Assembly (NCBI GenBank): GCA_040902845.1 | Contig: JBBDWM010000042.1 | Location: 7,343 to 71,342, forward strand | Direction: 5' to 3' | Source: Acidimicrobiia bacterium | GTDB taxonomy: Bacteria; Actinomycetota; Acidimicrobiia; Spongiisociales; ZC4RG35 | Length of the DNA stretch: 64,000 nt | Part shown: positions 48,890-58,696 of the stretch, one piece after another | How positions within the stretch are numbered: position 1 is the stretch's first letter | How the letters are laid out: each line of letters opens with the position of its first letter | Program-made: the position numbers and the translations under genes | Notes under the pieces: generated by a model | Database searches by the model: none | Told to the model about the DNA's origin: nothing | What the model saw: only the letters and a program-made list of their open reading frames with translations

Positions 48890-49708
48890 CTACCGCTCGA
48901 CGGTGATCCTGATGTCACCGTAGGGCTCCGACACCGGGTGGAATACGAGGCCCTGGTCGATCATCCCGAATCGGGTGAGGTCGAAGCTCAGGTGATGCTG
49001 GTTGGGGAGGCGCAGCGTGATCTCAGTGATCTCGGGGACAGCCCCCAACACCGCCGCGGCCATCATCCAGCCCTGGTGTTGCAGCGAAGCAGACCCTTCA
49101 TCGAAAAAGCTCGCCACCAACGCGGCACGGGCAGCTTCCCAGGCTGCGGCGGTGTCTGCGGGGACGGTGTCGTAGCTCCATTCAGCTGTTACCGAGGTGG
49201 CCAGCAAGCGATCGTCCGCTTCGCGCAGGATGGTGAACTCGTCATGAGGGAAGCCGCTGAACGCCGACCCGGTTGTCTTGAGGACGATCAGACCTTCGAT
49301 CCCGGCCCAAACCCCGGTCTCGCCGGTGCCGAGGGCCACTCGCGCCGTCCTCCGCTCCGAGCCACCCCCGACGAACCCCGTGCCCGTCAGCCTCTCCCAA
49401 CGTCGTTCGACTGCCGAGACCCGAGCCCGGTCCACATCGGGCCGATCCATGAACCGTTCGCCGAGAACCATGACAAAGGCCTCCAGATCCCTGGTGAGGT
49501 GCTCCTGCGCCAGCCCATATACGGTGTTGCGCATGGTGTCGGTGGGCAGCACCGTGCTGTTGTCCCCGACGGTGTGGGTGGCTTCTGCGTCGTTTCCCAG
49601 CTGGATCTGAACTGTGAGGTCGGTGAAATCGTCCTGCTTGGGCCCGCGGCGGATCTTCGAGACGCGGACCTCGGACTTGCCCCACCAGTTCTCACCCAAT
49701 CGAGGCAC
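48890..49708 (-). CDS. pucL: Urate oxidase
   Basis: GK..VR, PTDTMRNTVY, VLKTTGSAF, SLQ, LPNQH, EPYG.I. Confidence 0.92.
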   Translation of the reverse strand: MPRLGENWWGKSEVRVSKIRRGPKQDDFTDLTVQIQLGNDAEATHTVGDNSTVLPTDTMRNTVYGLAQEHLTRDLEAFVMVLGERFMDRPDVDRARVSAVERRWERLTGTGFVGGGSERRTARVALGTGETGVWAGIEGLIVLKTTGSAFSGFPHDEFTILREADDRLLATSVTAEWSYDTVPADTAAAWEAARAALVASFFDEGSASLQHQGWMMAAAVLGAVPEITEITLRLPNQHHLSFDLTRFGMIDQGLVFHPVSEPYGDIRITVER

Positions 49709-49710
49709 AG

Positions 49711-50028
49711 CTAGTTACCCCGGTAGGTCGTGTACCCGTAGGGGCTGAGGAGAAGCGGTATGTGGTAGTGATCCTGCTCTTCGTCCAATGAGACCACGAT
49801 GTGGACCTGGGGATAGAAGACATTACCCGCGTCGGACGTGGCGAACACGAGTCGGTAGACACCCGAGATCACCGCAGCCGCCAGCATCGTGATCCGACCG
49901 TTGACATCGGTGACACCCTCGGACATGTGCTGCCATCCGCCATCGACGGATCGCTCCACGGTCACGCTGATCCCTTCTGCAGGCTCGCCGGTGGCGGTGT
50001 CGAGGACATGGGTACTGACGGATGTCAC
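49711..50028 (-). CDS. uraH: 5-hydroxyisourate hydrolase
   Basis: STHVLD..G.PA, GR, HYHIPLLLSPYGYTTYRG. Confidence 0.92.
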   Translation of the reverse strand: MTSVSTHVLDTATGEPAEGISVTVERSVDGGWQHMSEGVTDVNGRITMLAAAVISGVYRLVFATSDAGNVFYPQVHIVVSLDEEQDHYHIPLLLSPYGYTTYRGN

Positions 50029-51455
50029 CTCTGGTCTCCTTCACAAAGCATTCTTCGAAGTCTGGTGTCGGTGATCAGCCTTTGCTCGCTGGAGGCGACC
50101 TCGAGTTCCTGTTCTCTGGTGTTGCCGAGCCGTGACTTTGCAATGGCCAACATCTCCTCTGCCGTCTTACCCGAGGCGTAGACGATATAGGTGAACCCGA
50201 AACGGTCCTCGTAGTGCCGGTTGGCCTCGGTGATGGCGTCGAGAGTGCCAGTCGCTGCGTTCTGCACCCCGGCCTGTTCCCGGTTGGCTGTCGCTTCGCC
50301 GGTTTCCCCGATCCGGGGATGACCGGAAAAGGCCACGAGCCAGTCGCCCTCGTCCATGACGTCGAATGCCGACCCGGCGCCGCCGAGAACCTCGTCCAGA
50401 CCGGCAAAGGGGCGCTTCGCAATCATCGATTCGACCCAGGAGCCCGAGACGCACGCGCTTTTGAAGAACCGTCTGGCTGCGGACTCGGTCAATGAGTTCA
50501 GGTACTCGATTCTCTTGTCGAGCAAGGCCTCACGATCCGGGCGACCCAAGGCCTTCACCCGCGCCAACCCTCCGTCGGGATGAATGTCCACTCGCAGAAA
50601 GCCGGCATGGGTCGGAGCCGGAAGGTCGAGACGGGCCACATCGTGGGGAGCGATGGCGACACGGTCGACAACCATTGCCCAGGCAGCTCCGTCCTCGGAG
50701 ACGGAGAGGGAAACCCATCCCGGGGCGTTGCCTTTGAAATGGCGGGTGTCGATCACGACGACCTCGACCGTCCCGGGCGTCCCCAGCCGCAAATCGACCC
50801 AGTCATTGCCAGGGCCCCTTCTTCGTTTGGTCTCCCAACCGTCCCACATCCCCGCCGGCTCAGTGGGCCGGAGCAGGTTCGATGGTTGCGAATAGTGGAC
50901 ATCGGAGGCGTTGACCGCTTCCCCGCCAACCAACATCGAGAGCAGGTCGACCGGATCCACACCGGGGCATACCTGAGACTGGGACGGGATCGGAGCTCCG
51001 TCGACTCGAAGCCGGGCCACCCCCCCGTCGGGGAAGATGTTGAGCCGGAGACGGGTGAAACGATGGGGATTGTCGACTGCGAAGGAAGCCTGGGAGTCTC
51101 CCAACAGCGGCGTCTGCGGCAGGACCTCCTCCCAATCGGCGGCAGCGAGCTGGGCGTCGTCATCCTCCCCGCAGCCCTCGAGGGAAAACGACTCGGCGTA
51201 GTTGCCGGTGAAGAACGAGGTGTCCACGGTGACGTTTTCGATTCGTCCCGGCACCCCCAGTGCGACGACGCACCAGTCGTGACCCGGCTCTCGTCTCCGA
51301 CGGGTCTCCCAACCGTCCATCCACTTCCCGCGATCGGTGTACTCCGTGTTCGAGACAGGGTCGCCAGGGGAGATGAGATTCGAGGCCGGCGCAAAAAACT
51401 CGTCGTTGAAGGCGACGATCCTTCCCCCGACCGCGCTCGATATCAGGTCGACCAT
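50025..51455 (-). CDS. alc: Allantoicase fused to a C-terminal OHCU decarboxylase (UraD) domain
   Basis: Two DGWET(R/K)RRR / PDGG.AR repeats, then HPRIG, EQAG and YEDRFGFTYIV.ASGK; start ATG 51455. Confidence 0.88.
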   Translation of the reverse strand: MVDLISSAVGGRIVAFNDEFFAPASNLISPGDPVSNTEYTDRGKWMDGWETRRRREPGHDWCVVALGVPGRIENVTVDTSFFTGNYAESFSLEGCGEDDDAQLAAADWEEVLPQTPLLGDSQASFAVDNPHRFTRLRLNIFPDGGVARLRVDGAPIPSQSQVCPGVDPVDLLSMLVGGEAVNASDVHYSQPSNLLRPTEPAGMWDGWETKRRRGPGNDWVDLRLGTPGTVEVVVIDTRHFKGNAPGWVSLSVSEDGAAWAMVVDRVAIAPHDVARLDLPAPTHAGFLRVDIHPDGGLARVKALGRPDREALLDKRIEYLNSLTESAARRFFKSACVSGSWVESMIAKRPFAGLDEVLGGAGSAFDVMDEGDWLVAFSGHPRIGETGEATANREQAGVQNAATGTLDAITEANRHYEDRFGFTYIVYASGKTAEEMLAIAKSRLGNTREQELEVASSEQRLITDTRLRRMLCEGDQR

Positions 51456-52753
51456 CCGCGCTCCAGCATCCTGCCTCCAAACCCGACGACTCCGGCCTCT
51501 TTGGTAAAGAGAGTTTGCCCGCCCAGTGTCACCTTCTCCACTTTCCCCCGGAGTCGCATCCCCTCGTAGGGGGTGAGCGAGTGACGATGCTCGAGGCCCG
51601 AGCCGATCACTTCGGTTAAACCGTCGGGATCCCACACCACGAAATCTGCGTCTTTTCCCACCTCGATGGCCCCTTTCCGGTCGAGTCCGGCAAGACGAGC
51701 CGGGGCCGTGGAAAGCCATTCGACGAGACGATCGAGCCCGAAGCCACGCCGGCTCGCCTCGGACCAGGTTGCCTGAAGTCGGATCTGCAACGAGCTGATG
51801 CCGCCCCACGCCGCCCCGAAATCCCCGCTCTCGACTGCCTTGAGCTCCGGTGGCGACGGCGAATGATCGGAGACGATCATCGCGAGCGTGCCGTCGGCGA
51901 GCGCTTCCCAGAGAGCCTCGCGATGCTCCCGGGCCCTGATCGGAGGGGCACACTTGAACTCGGTCGCCCCCAGCCCGATCTGCTCGGCGGTGAAGGTGAG
52001 ATAGTGGGGACAGGTCTCGGCGCTGACTCCCGAACCCGCCTCACGGAGGACGTCTGTCGCATCGCCCGAGGAGACATGAAGGACATGAATGCGCCCACCG
52101 GTTCTCGCAGCGAGCGCCACCGCCTCACCAACTGCCTCCCCCTCACATTCCGGAGGCCGCGACTCCAGGTAAGCGGCGTAAATGCGGGGATCGCCGCTGA
52201 TCGGATGAAGACGTGAGGGATCCTCGGCGTGTAACAACAATGGGACACCGAGACCGGCCAGTTCGGGGAGGACAGCCTCCAGTTCCATGACGGTCATCGG
52301 CGGGAACTCCGGCACCCCGGAGTCGACGAGAAACGCCTTGAAACCACATACCCCCGCCTCGACCAGGCTCTCCAACCACGGCTCCGAGCCAGGAATCAAA
52401 CCACCCCAAAAGGCGACGTCCACCGCGAGCACCCCCGCCGCGGCGGCCCGTTTGGCAGCCAGCGCCTCAGGGCTCACAGTCGGCGGGATGGAATTGAGCG
52501 GCATGTCCACGATCGTCGCGGTGCCCCCTGCGGCAGCCGCCCTGGTCGCCGTTCGAAAGCCTTCCCACCGGGACCGACCCGGGTCGTTCACATGAACATG
52601 AGAGTCGACCAGCCCGGGCATTACCACCAGATCGCCAAAGTCCTCGTCGGCCGTTCCCTCCCCGATATCGACGATGACCCCGGCCTCGTGACGGACGGTC
52701 GCCGCTCGAAGGCCGTCAGGCAAAACCACACGCCGAGAGCGAAAGGAAGGCAC
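51443..52753 (-). CDS. allB: Allantoinase
   Basis: DSHVHVNDPG..WEGF, DMPLNSIP, GFK, ETCPHYL, FKCAPPIR, SDHSP. Confidence 0.93.
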   Translation of the reverse strand: MPSFRSRRVVLPDGLRAATVRHEAGVIVDIGEGTADEDFGDLVVMPGLVDSHVHVNDPGRSRWEGFRTATRAAAAGGTATIVDMPLNSIPPTVSPEALAAKRAAAAGVLAVDVAFWGGLIPGSEPWLESLVEAGVCGFKAFLVDSGVPEFPPMTVMELEAVLPELAGLGVPLLLHAEDPSRLHPISGDPRIYAAYLESRPPECEGEAVGEAVALAARTGGRIHVLHVSSGDATDVLREAGSGVSAETCPHYLTFTAEQIGLGATEFKCAPPIRAREHREALWEALADGTLAMIVSDHSPSPPELKAVESGDFGAAWGGISSLQIRLQATWSEASRRGFGLDRLVEWLSTAPARLAGLDRKGAIEVGKDADFVVWDPDGLTEVIGSGLEHRHSLTPYEGMRLRGKVEKVTLGGQTLFTKEAGVVGFGGRMLERGWST

Positions 52754-52847
52754 CGCCCGAACCTAATCGGATCGAACCGGTGCCACTCGCATCGCCCTGA
52801 TTGGCGGGTCCTCCCAACAACTGGTTCGGTTCGACAAGGAGTGCGAG

Positions 52848-53362
52848 ATGACAACTGCGACAAGGCCCGACCGGGCCCTGAACTACGCCTTCATCCTGGG
52901 TGGGGTGACCGGAGTCATCTTCGGGATCATCCTGTTGATCCGTCAGGAAGAGGCTCTCTCCCTGCTCGCCATCGTCCTCGGGCTCTGAGATGGTTGATCC
53001 AGGGAGCGTTCATGGTGTTCGCTGTCTTCGTCGACAACACCGATGCCGGATGGAAGCTCGCTATCGGGGCGCTCGGGATGATCGCTGGGATCCTGGTGCT
53101 CGCCAACCCGGCTGAGACTGTGAATCTCTTCCAGGGGCTGTTCGGTGGGTACCTCGGGGTGCTTGGAATCCTGATCGGCGTGGTCGCATTCATTGGCGCC
53201 TTTCGCGGCGGTGGGGTCGGGGGTGAGGTGTTCGAGGCCATCATCGGACTCCTGATTCTCTTCAACGCCGAGTTCACCACGACCCTCTTGATCACCCTGT
53301 TTGCCGCCCTCCTCCTGGTCAACGGGGTGGTCGGCATCTACATGGGTCTCAAAGCCGAATAG
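52848..53362 (+). pseudogene. Frameshifted HdeD/DUF308-like membrane protein gene
   Basis: AAGGA RBS and ATG 52848 read to TGA 52986-52988; the hydrophobic reading resumes in another frame at TGG 52991 (WLIQG). Confidence 0.7.
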
Positions 53363-53452
53363 GCACCCGTTTCCTGGTGATGCCCGGGCCTCGGTAGACC
53401 CTGATCCAAATCCTTCACTGTCAGTACACTTTGACCGCGGAGAAGGGTGGCT

Positions 53453-54793
53453 ATGCGGCGCAGCGGTCGGGTATTTCCAACGTCGACCTTGGTCTTGATG
53501 ACCTTGTTGGCCGCGTGCACCACCACCGGCACCGGTGACGACAACACGGGAGCCACCTCTTTACTCACTGTCACCACCTCCAGCGGAGGCCAGCCGGGGG
53601 TGACGACCTCCGCGGACTGCGAACCGGCCACCGATGGCGTCGCCTGGCGAGATGACGCCACAATTGACCTGGAGCAGATCTCCACAGAGGACGGTGTCGA
53701 GATCTACGCCGCCGAGTATCCGCTCCCCGGGCCAACTGAAGGGCTCTGGACACAATGGGGACAGGGGATCGCCCTCGGCGACGGACGACATCTCTCTGCG
53801 GTTGGCGACCATCTCGGTGTCGACGCCAACTCGTACCTCTTCGTCTACGACTCGGACCAGCGAACCCTGACCCGTTTCGGCGACGTCCTCTCGGTTGTGC
53901 CCCACGAGGGCGGGGCCTTCGGCTACGGGAAGATCCACGCCCAGATGGTCATGGATAGCTGCGGTTCGATTTGGGCCGCCACCTATTGGGGCACCAGGGA
54001 CAACCTGACCTACCAGAACGGATATGAAGGTGATCGCTTGCTCGAGATCGAGCCCGGCACGCAGACCATTAGCGACCGCGGGCCGGTATCCGGGGAGAGG
54101 GGCATGCCCACAATGACGATCGCCCTCGACGGCCGCACTCTGGTGGCCGCGGCAGTCGACGCCGAATCCGACACCGGGCTGCTGACCGTGTACGACACCG
54201 CAACGAGGGAAGTCGTGAATCAAGTCGACGATCCTCGCCAATACGGCTTTCGAGCCCTTGGGATCGACCCGGTGAGCGGGAACATCTTCTACTCCATCGA
54301 GAACGAAGCTCTGGCGGCGCTCGACCCCATCTCCGGCCAGTTCGAGGACCTCGATGTGACCCTCCCCGGCTGGTGGCTGCGATCGGTCACCCGTCCGGCT
54401 CCCGGCGGGACCGTCTACGGCGCCTCCGACGACGAGCCCGGACTATTCGCCATCTCGCCGGACGGTGAGCTGCGTGGGCTCGGGAATCCGGGCGGGAGCA
54501 CCACCTCGATCGCCATGACCCCCGACGGTTCGCGGATCTTCTGGATGCCGGAGGCGCACGGCGGTGCCTGGGAGGTTGGCGCGGTGGTGAACTCCATGGA
54601 CACCGCGAGCGGTGACATAACCGAGGTGACCTCACTCCTCGATCCGTTCGAGGAGGAACTGGGGCTGTTGCCGGGGGGCACCTACTCCATCGTCTACGAC
54701 GACGGACGGCTCATCCTCGGGGTGAATGCATCCCCACTGGCTGACGACTCGGGGTTCGGCACCGTGGTGCTGGTGGTCATCGAGGGCGTATGA
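53453..54793 (+). CDS. Lipoprotein with a probable beta-propeller domain
   Basis: Lipobox LLAAC, Thr-rich linker, repeated strand-DP/DG blades. Confidence 0.7.
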   Translation: MRRSGRVFPTSTLVLMTLLAACTTTGTGDDNTGATSLLTVTTSSGGQPGVTTSADCEPATDGVAWRDDATIDLEQISTEDGVEIYAAEYPLPGPTEGLWTQWGQGIALGDGRHLSAVGDHLGVDANSYLFVYDSDQRTLTRFGDVLSVVPHEGGAFGYGKIHAQMVMDSCGSIWAATYWGTRDNLTYQNGYEGDRLLEIEPGTQTISDRGPVSGERGMPTMTIALDGRTLVAAAVDAESDTGLLTVYDTATREVVNQVDDPRQYGFRALGIDPVSGNIFYSIENEALAALDPISGQFEDLDVTLPGWWLRSVTRPAPGGTVYGASDDEPGLFAISPDGELRGLGNPGGSTTSIAMTPDGSRIFWMPEAHGGAWEVGAVVNSMDTASGDITEVTSLLDPFEEELGLLPGGTYSIVYDDGRLILGVNASPLADDSGFGTVVLVVIEGV

Positions 54794-56427
54794 ACCGCCG
54801 TCTGGCTTCCCTTCTCGTAGCGTCTCTCGTCGTCGCCTGCACCAGTTCCGGGACCGCGGGGATAAGCACCATCGGGAGCGGAGCCACGAGCGAGGCCCCC
54901 GCCACCAACGGGTCCCAGCCCGCCGGGGGATTGACATGTTGGTCGGCTCCGACCTCGGGGACGGCGGGTCCCATCGTCTTCGAGGACATGACCGAGGAAA
55001 TGGGACTCGTCGAGCCACTCGTGGGAATGTATGGGCATTCCGCTGCCTTTGGGGATGTCAACGCCGACGGATACGCAGATCTGGTCGTCGGGACCTTCGC
55101 CGACCGGGAGCCAGACGCGTATCAGGTCCGGGGGGCGGACGGTCCGGCTCCAGATCAGCTGTTGTTGAGCCAGCCACAACTCGAGCCGGAGATGGGATGG
55201 AGCACCGAGTTGGGCCGGACCTCGGGAGCCGTGTTCGCCGACTTCGACGCCGACGGTGACGACGACCTATTGATCGTGCGTCACGCCGGCCGGTCCGCCG
55301 ACTCGGAGACACCGAGCCGTCTCTACGAGAACGTAGATGGTGCCCTCGAATCCCACGGCGAGATCCTCCCACCAGATTTCCGGGGCCGAACTCCTGCCGT
55401 CGCCGACTATGACGGCGACGGCCTGCTCGATGTCTACGTCTCCGAGGACAACTCGGGCGAGACCGGCGGCATCCTCCTCCACAACGAGGGGTCGCTGCAG
55501 TTCGAGGATGTGACCGATGGTTCGGGTCTGGAGGGTGTCTTCGCCCTGAGCGCGACGTCGGGCGACCTCAACGGCGACCGACGCCCGGACCTGGCGACCT
55601 CAACCGCCGTCTTCGTCAACCAGGGCGGTCTGGTCTTTACCGAGGTGACACCCGATGACTACGCCGCAATCCCCATCGGCGAAGAGGACGATGCTGCCGG
55701 AGTCGCTCTAGGGGACCTCAACAGGGATGGGCTCACCGACATCGTGGTCGGCCAGCACTATCGGGCCGCGGTCGAGTTCGACTCCGAGGTGCCGGTGCGG
55801 GTGTTCCTCAACACGGGAGGCGACCAACCGGGCTTCGAGGACGTCACGGCTTCGGCCGGACTGACTCCGCTCCCGACGCTCGCTCCCCATGTCCAGGTGG
55901 CGGATCTCGACAACGACTCCTGGCCGGACATCGTGACTTCCGCCTCGGCCGGTGACGGGACAAGCCTGGCCGTCTACCGGAATCTCGGTGGGGCGGATCT
56001 TTCGTTCGAGGTCACATCGGGTCTGGGCTCGGACCAGTACTGGGTTGGCGCGCCCATTGTCGACATCGACCGGGATGGACGGCTGGACGTCTTCGCCGTC
56101 GAGTGGGAGCCTTCTCTGCCCTCGATCATGTTTCGCAACGCCGGTGAGAGCGGTCACTGGGTCGAGGTCTCGGTGGGTGGCCCAGGGCGCGGGATTGGAA
56201 GTCTCGTGACGATTTCGACTCCGGACGGGACCGTGATCGGACAACAGGAGATCAACGTCGGGGGTGGCTACTCATCGGGTCGGTTGCCGGTCGCTCATTT
56301 CGGCCTCGGGGCGGAGACCATGGTGGATATCACCATCACCCTCCCGGATGGGACAGTCAACGATCTCCCCGGAATCACCGGTGACCAGCACATTCGTTGG
56401 CCCCAAGGGTGCGCCGGTGGCCAATGA
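54790..56427 (+). CDS. Lipoprotein with FG-GAP-like repeats and an ASPIC/UnbV-like C-terminus (CRTAC1-like)
   Basis: Lipobox VVAC; many DxNxDGxxD repeats; GGGYSS...HFGLG. Confidence 0.85.
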   Translation: MNRRLASLLVASLVVACTSSGTAGISTIGSGATSEAPATNGSQPAGGLTCWSAPTSGTAGPIVFEDMTEEMGLVEPLVGMYGHSAAFGDVNADGYADLVVGTFADREPDAYQVRGADGPAPDQLLLSQPQLEPEMGWSTELGRTSGAVFADFDADGDDDLLIVRHAGRSADSETPSRLYENVDGALESHGEILPPDFRGRTPAVADYDGDGLLDVYVSEDNSGETGGILLHNEGSLQFEDVTDGSGLEGVFALSATSGDLNGDRRPDLATSTAVFVNQGGLVFTEVTPDDYAAIPIGEEDDAAGVALGDLNRDGLTDIVVGQHYRAAVEFDSEVPVRVFLNTGGDQPGFEDVTASAGLTPLPTLAPHVQVADLDNDSWPDIVTSASAGDGTSLAVYRNLGGADLSFEVTSGLGSDQYWVGAPIVDIDRDGRLDVFAVEWEPSLPSIMFRNAGESGHWVEVSVGGPGRGIGSLVTISTPDGTVIGQQEINVGGGYSSGRLPVAHFGLGAETMVDITITLPDGTVNDLPGITGDQHIRWPQGCAGGQ

Positions 56428-56479
56428 GTACTTCGCGTCGGATTCCCGGCCTTAGGCCGTTTGGGTAGCATCTCGACCC

Positions 56480-57763
56480 ATGACCGACCTCGTCACCCGT
56501 CACAAAGACGTGATCGCCCCGGTGATCGCCTACGACACCGACATTCATGCAGTCAAGGCCGAAGGGATCTGGGTCACGGATATCGAGGGAAGCCGCTGGG
56601 CGGACTTCGCCTGTGGCACCGCGGTTGCCAACCTCGGTCACAACCATCCCGCCGTCGTCGCGGCCGCCCACAAGCAAATCGACAGCCTCATGCACTCCGG
56701 TTGCATCGTGCGCTTCGACGCCATCGTCGAGGCCGCCGAGAAACTTCGGGACATAACCCCACCCGGCATCCAGAAATTCGCCTTCGCCAACTCGGGAGCA
56801 GAGTCGGTCGAGGCGGCAGTGAAACTGGCCAAGTACTCGACCGAGCGACAGGGTGTGATCGCGTTTCGTGGGGCCTTTCACGGTCGCACGATGGGAGCGA
56901 TCAGCTACACGACCTCGAACGCCAAGTACCGCGACGGGTATCACCCAGTCCTCGGATCAGTTTTCGTGGCGCCGTTTCCTCATCCCTACCGGTGGGGGAT
57001 GACCGAAGACGCTGCCGTGGAGTATTCCCTCAATGAGTTGCGGTTGATGTTCAAGCACGTAGTCACCCCGAAGAACATCGCCTGTTTCCTGGTGGAACCG
57101 GTCCAGGGTGAAGGCGGCTACTACCCGGCCCAGCCTGCATTTCTCGACGCCCTTCGGGAGCTGGCCGACGAGCACGGAATCATGCTGATCTACGACGAGG
57201 TGCAGACCGGTTTCGGACGGACCGCCGAGTGGTTTGCAGCCGACCACTTCGATGCCAAGCCGGACATCATGGCGATGGGCAAAGGGATCGCCAATGGCCT
57301 TCCACTGTCCGCTTATGGCTCTTCACGTGAGGTGATGGACAACTGGCCGGTCGGTGCCCATGGCACGACCTTCGGGGGGAACCCGGTGTCAACCGCCGCC
57401 GCCGTGGCGGTGATGGAGACCATGGAGGGGCTCCTCCCCCACGCCAGGGAGTTGTCCAAGCAGGCTTTCGAGCGCTTCCACGAGATGCATGAGAGTCATC
57501 CCACGATTGGCGACGTGCGGGGCTTGGGTCTGATGATCGGTGTCGAGTTGGTGACCGATCGGGAAAGTCGGACACCAGACAAGGCAGCCTTCCTACACAT
57601 CGAGAAGCACGCCTACGACCGCGAGCTGATCATCATCAACTGTGGTCCGGATGGCAACGTGCTTCGATTCATCCCACCGCTTATTGCCACCCAAGAAGAG
57701 CTCGATTGGGCTCTCGATCTGGTGGAAGAGGGCTTGACCAGCTGGGAGAGCAAGCCCCGCTAG
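56480..57763 (+). CDS. Class III aminotransferase (GabT-like)
   Basis: NSGAESVE, FHGRT, EPVQGEGG, DEVQTGFGRT, GK, HGTTFGGNP. Confidence 0.9.
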   Translation: MTDLVTRHKDVIAPVIAYDTDIHAVKAEGIWVTDIEGSRWADFACGTAVANLGHNHPAVVAAAHKQIDSLMHSGCIVRFDAIVEAAEKLRDITPPGIQKFAFANSGAESVEAAVKLAKYSTERQGVIAFRGAFHGRTMGAISYTTSNAKYRDGYHPVLGSVFVAPFPHPYRWGMTEDAAVEYSLNELRLMFKHVVTPKNIACFLVEPVQGEGGYYPAQPAFLDALRELADEHGIMLIYDEVQTGFGRTAEWFAADHFDAKPDIMAMGKGIANGLPLSAYGSSREVMDNWPVGAHGTTFGGNPVSTAAAVAVMETMEGLLPHARELSKQAFERFHEMHESHPTIGDVRGLGLMIGVELVTDRESRTPDKAAFLHIEKHAYDRELIIINCGPDGNVLRFIPPLIATQEELDWALDLVEEGLTSWESKPR

Positions 57764-57812
57764 ACCGTGGGGAGGCGCCTGATTCGAGGCATCGTTGTGG
57801 GACACTCGTGGT

Positions 57813-58643
57813 GTGGACCGGAAACGTCTGCTGTCGGCTGTCACGGTCCTGGTGGCAATCGTCGCCCTCGTGCTGGTGTTGGCCAACCGGTCCGCCCCGG
57901 AAGTCGAGGCCGGTGGGACCACGATCATCACCCGAACGGATCGCTCATCGACCACGGTTGAGGCCACATCAACAACCGTGGCCGCGGCGGCGGTGAACCC
58001 GAGTAGGACCACAACCACGGCTCCTGTGGCCACCACCACCTCGTCGACCCCTCCCCCCACGACGACAGTTCCCCAGGCGCTGCCGTTTCAGTCGACGACC
58101 AACCCCGTTACCGCCGACGATTTGCTTGCCTCATGGCGTCCCGGGTGCCCGCTAGGCATAGAGGAGTTGCGTGCGGTTGACGTCTCGTTCTGGGGATATG
58201 ACGGCTCGGTTCGAACCGGGCGATTGATAGTTGCCGCCGACCTGGCAGACCAGATGGTGGCGATCATGCACGACCTATATGACGCCCGATTCCCGATCGA
58301 GCGCATGGAACCGGTCGACGTCTATGGAGGGGACGATGACCAAAGCATGGCTGCCAACAACACCAGTGCGTTCAACTGCCGGCCTGTCACCGGAGGATCG
58401 GCATGGTCGGAGCACTCGTACGGGCGGGCGATCGATGTCAACCCCCTGGTCAACCCCTACGTGAGAGGATCAACGGTGTTGCCTCCAGAAGGAGCGGCCT
58501 ACGCCGACCGGAGCCAGGACGCAGCGGGAATGATTCACGCCGGTGACGTGGTGGTCGGCGCCTTCGCCGCCCAGGGGTGGAAATGGGGCGGCTATTGGAG
58601 CTCTCCCACCGACTATCAGCATTTCTCGACGACGGGGCATTGA
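57813..58643 (+). CDS. M15-family cell-wall metallopeptidase, membrane anchored
   Basis: SEHSYGRAID, WGG.W..DYQHF; N-terminal TM and Thr-rich linker. Start uncertain (57795 or 57813). Confidence 0.85.
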   Translation: MDRKRLLSAVTVLVAIVALVLVLANRSAPEVEAGGTTIITRTDRSSTTVEATSTTVAAAAVNPSRTTTTAPVATTTSSTPPPTTTVPQALPFQSTTNPVTADDLLASWRPGCPLGIEELRAVDVSFWGYDGSVRTGRLIVAADLADQMVAIMHDLYDARFPIERMEPVDVYGGDDDQSMAANNTSAFNCRPVTGGSAWSEHSYGRAIDVNPLVNPYVRGSTVLPPEGAAYADRSQDAAGMIHAGDVVVGAFAAQGWKWGGYWSSPTDYQHFSTTGH

Positions 58644-58696
58644 TGCGCCGACAATCGACCGGGAACCGCGGAGTGGACAGACGACATCTAAACCGA

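Noticed and set aside
52986-52988. Selenocysteine or read-through at the in-frame TGA
   Set aside because: Another TGA follows three codons later and the coding signal continues in a different frame.
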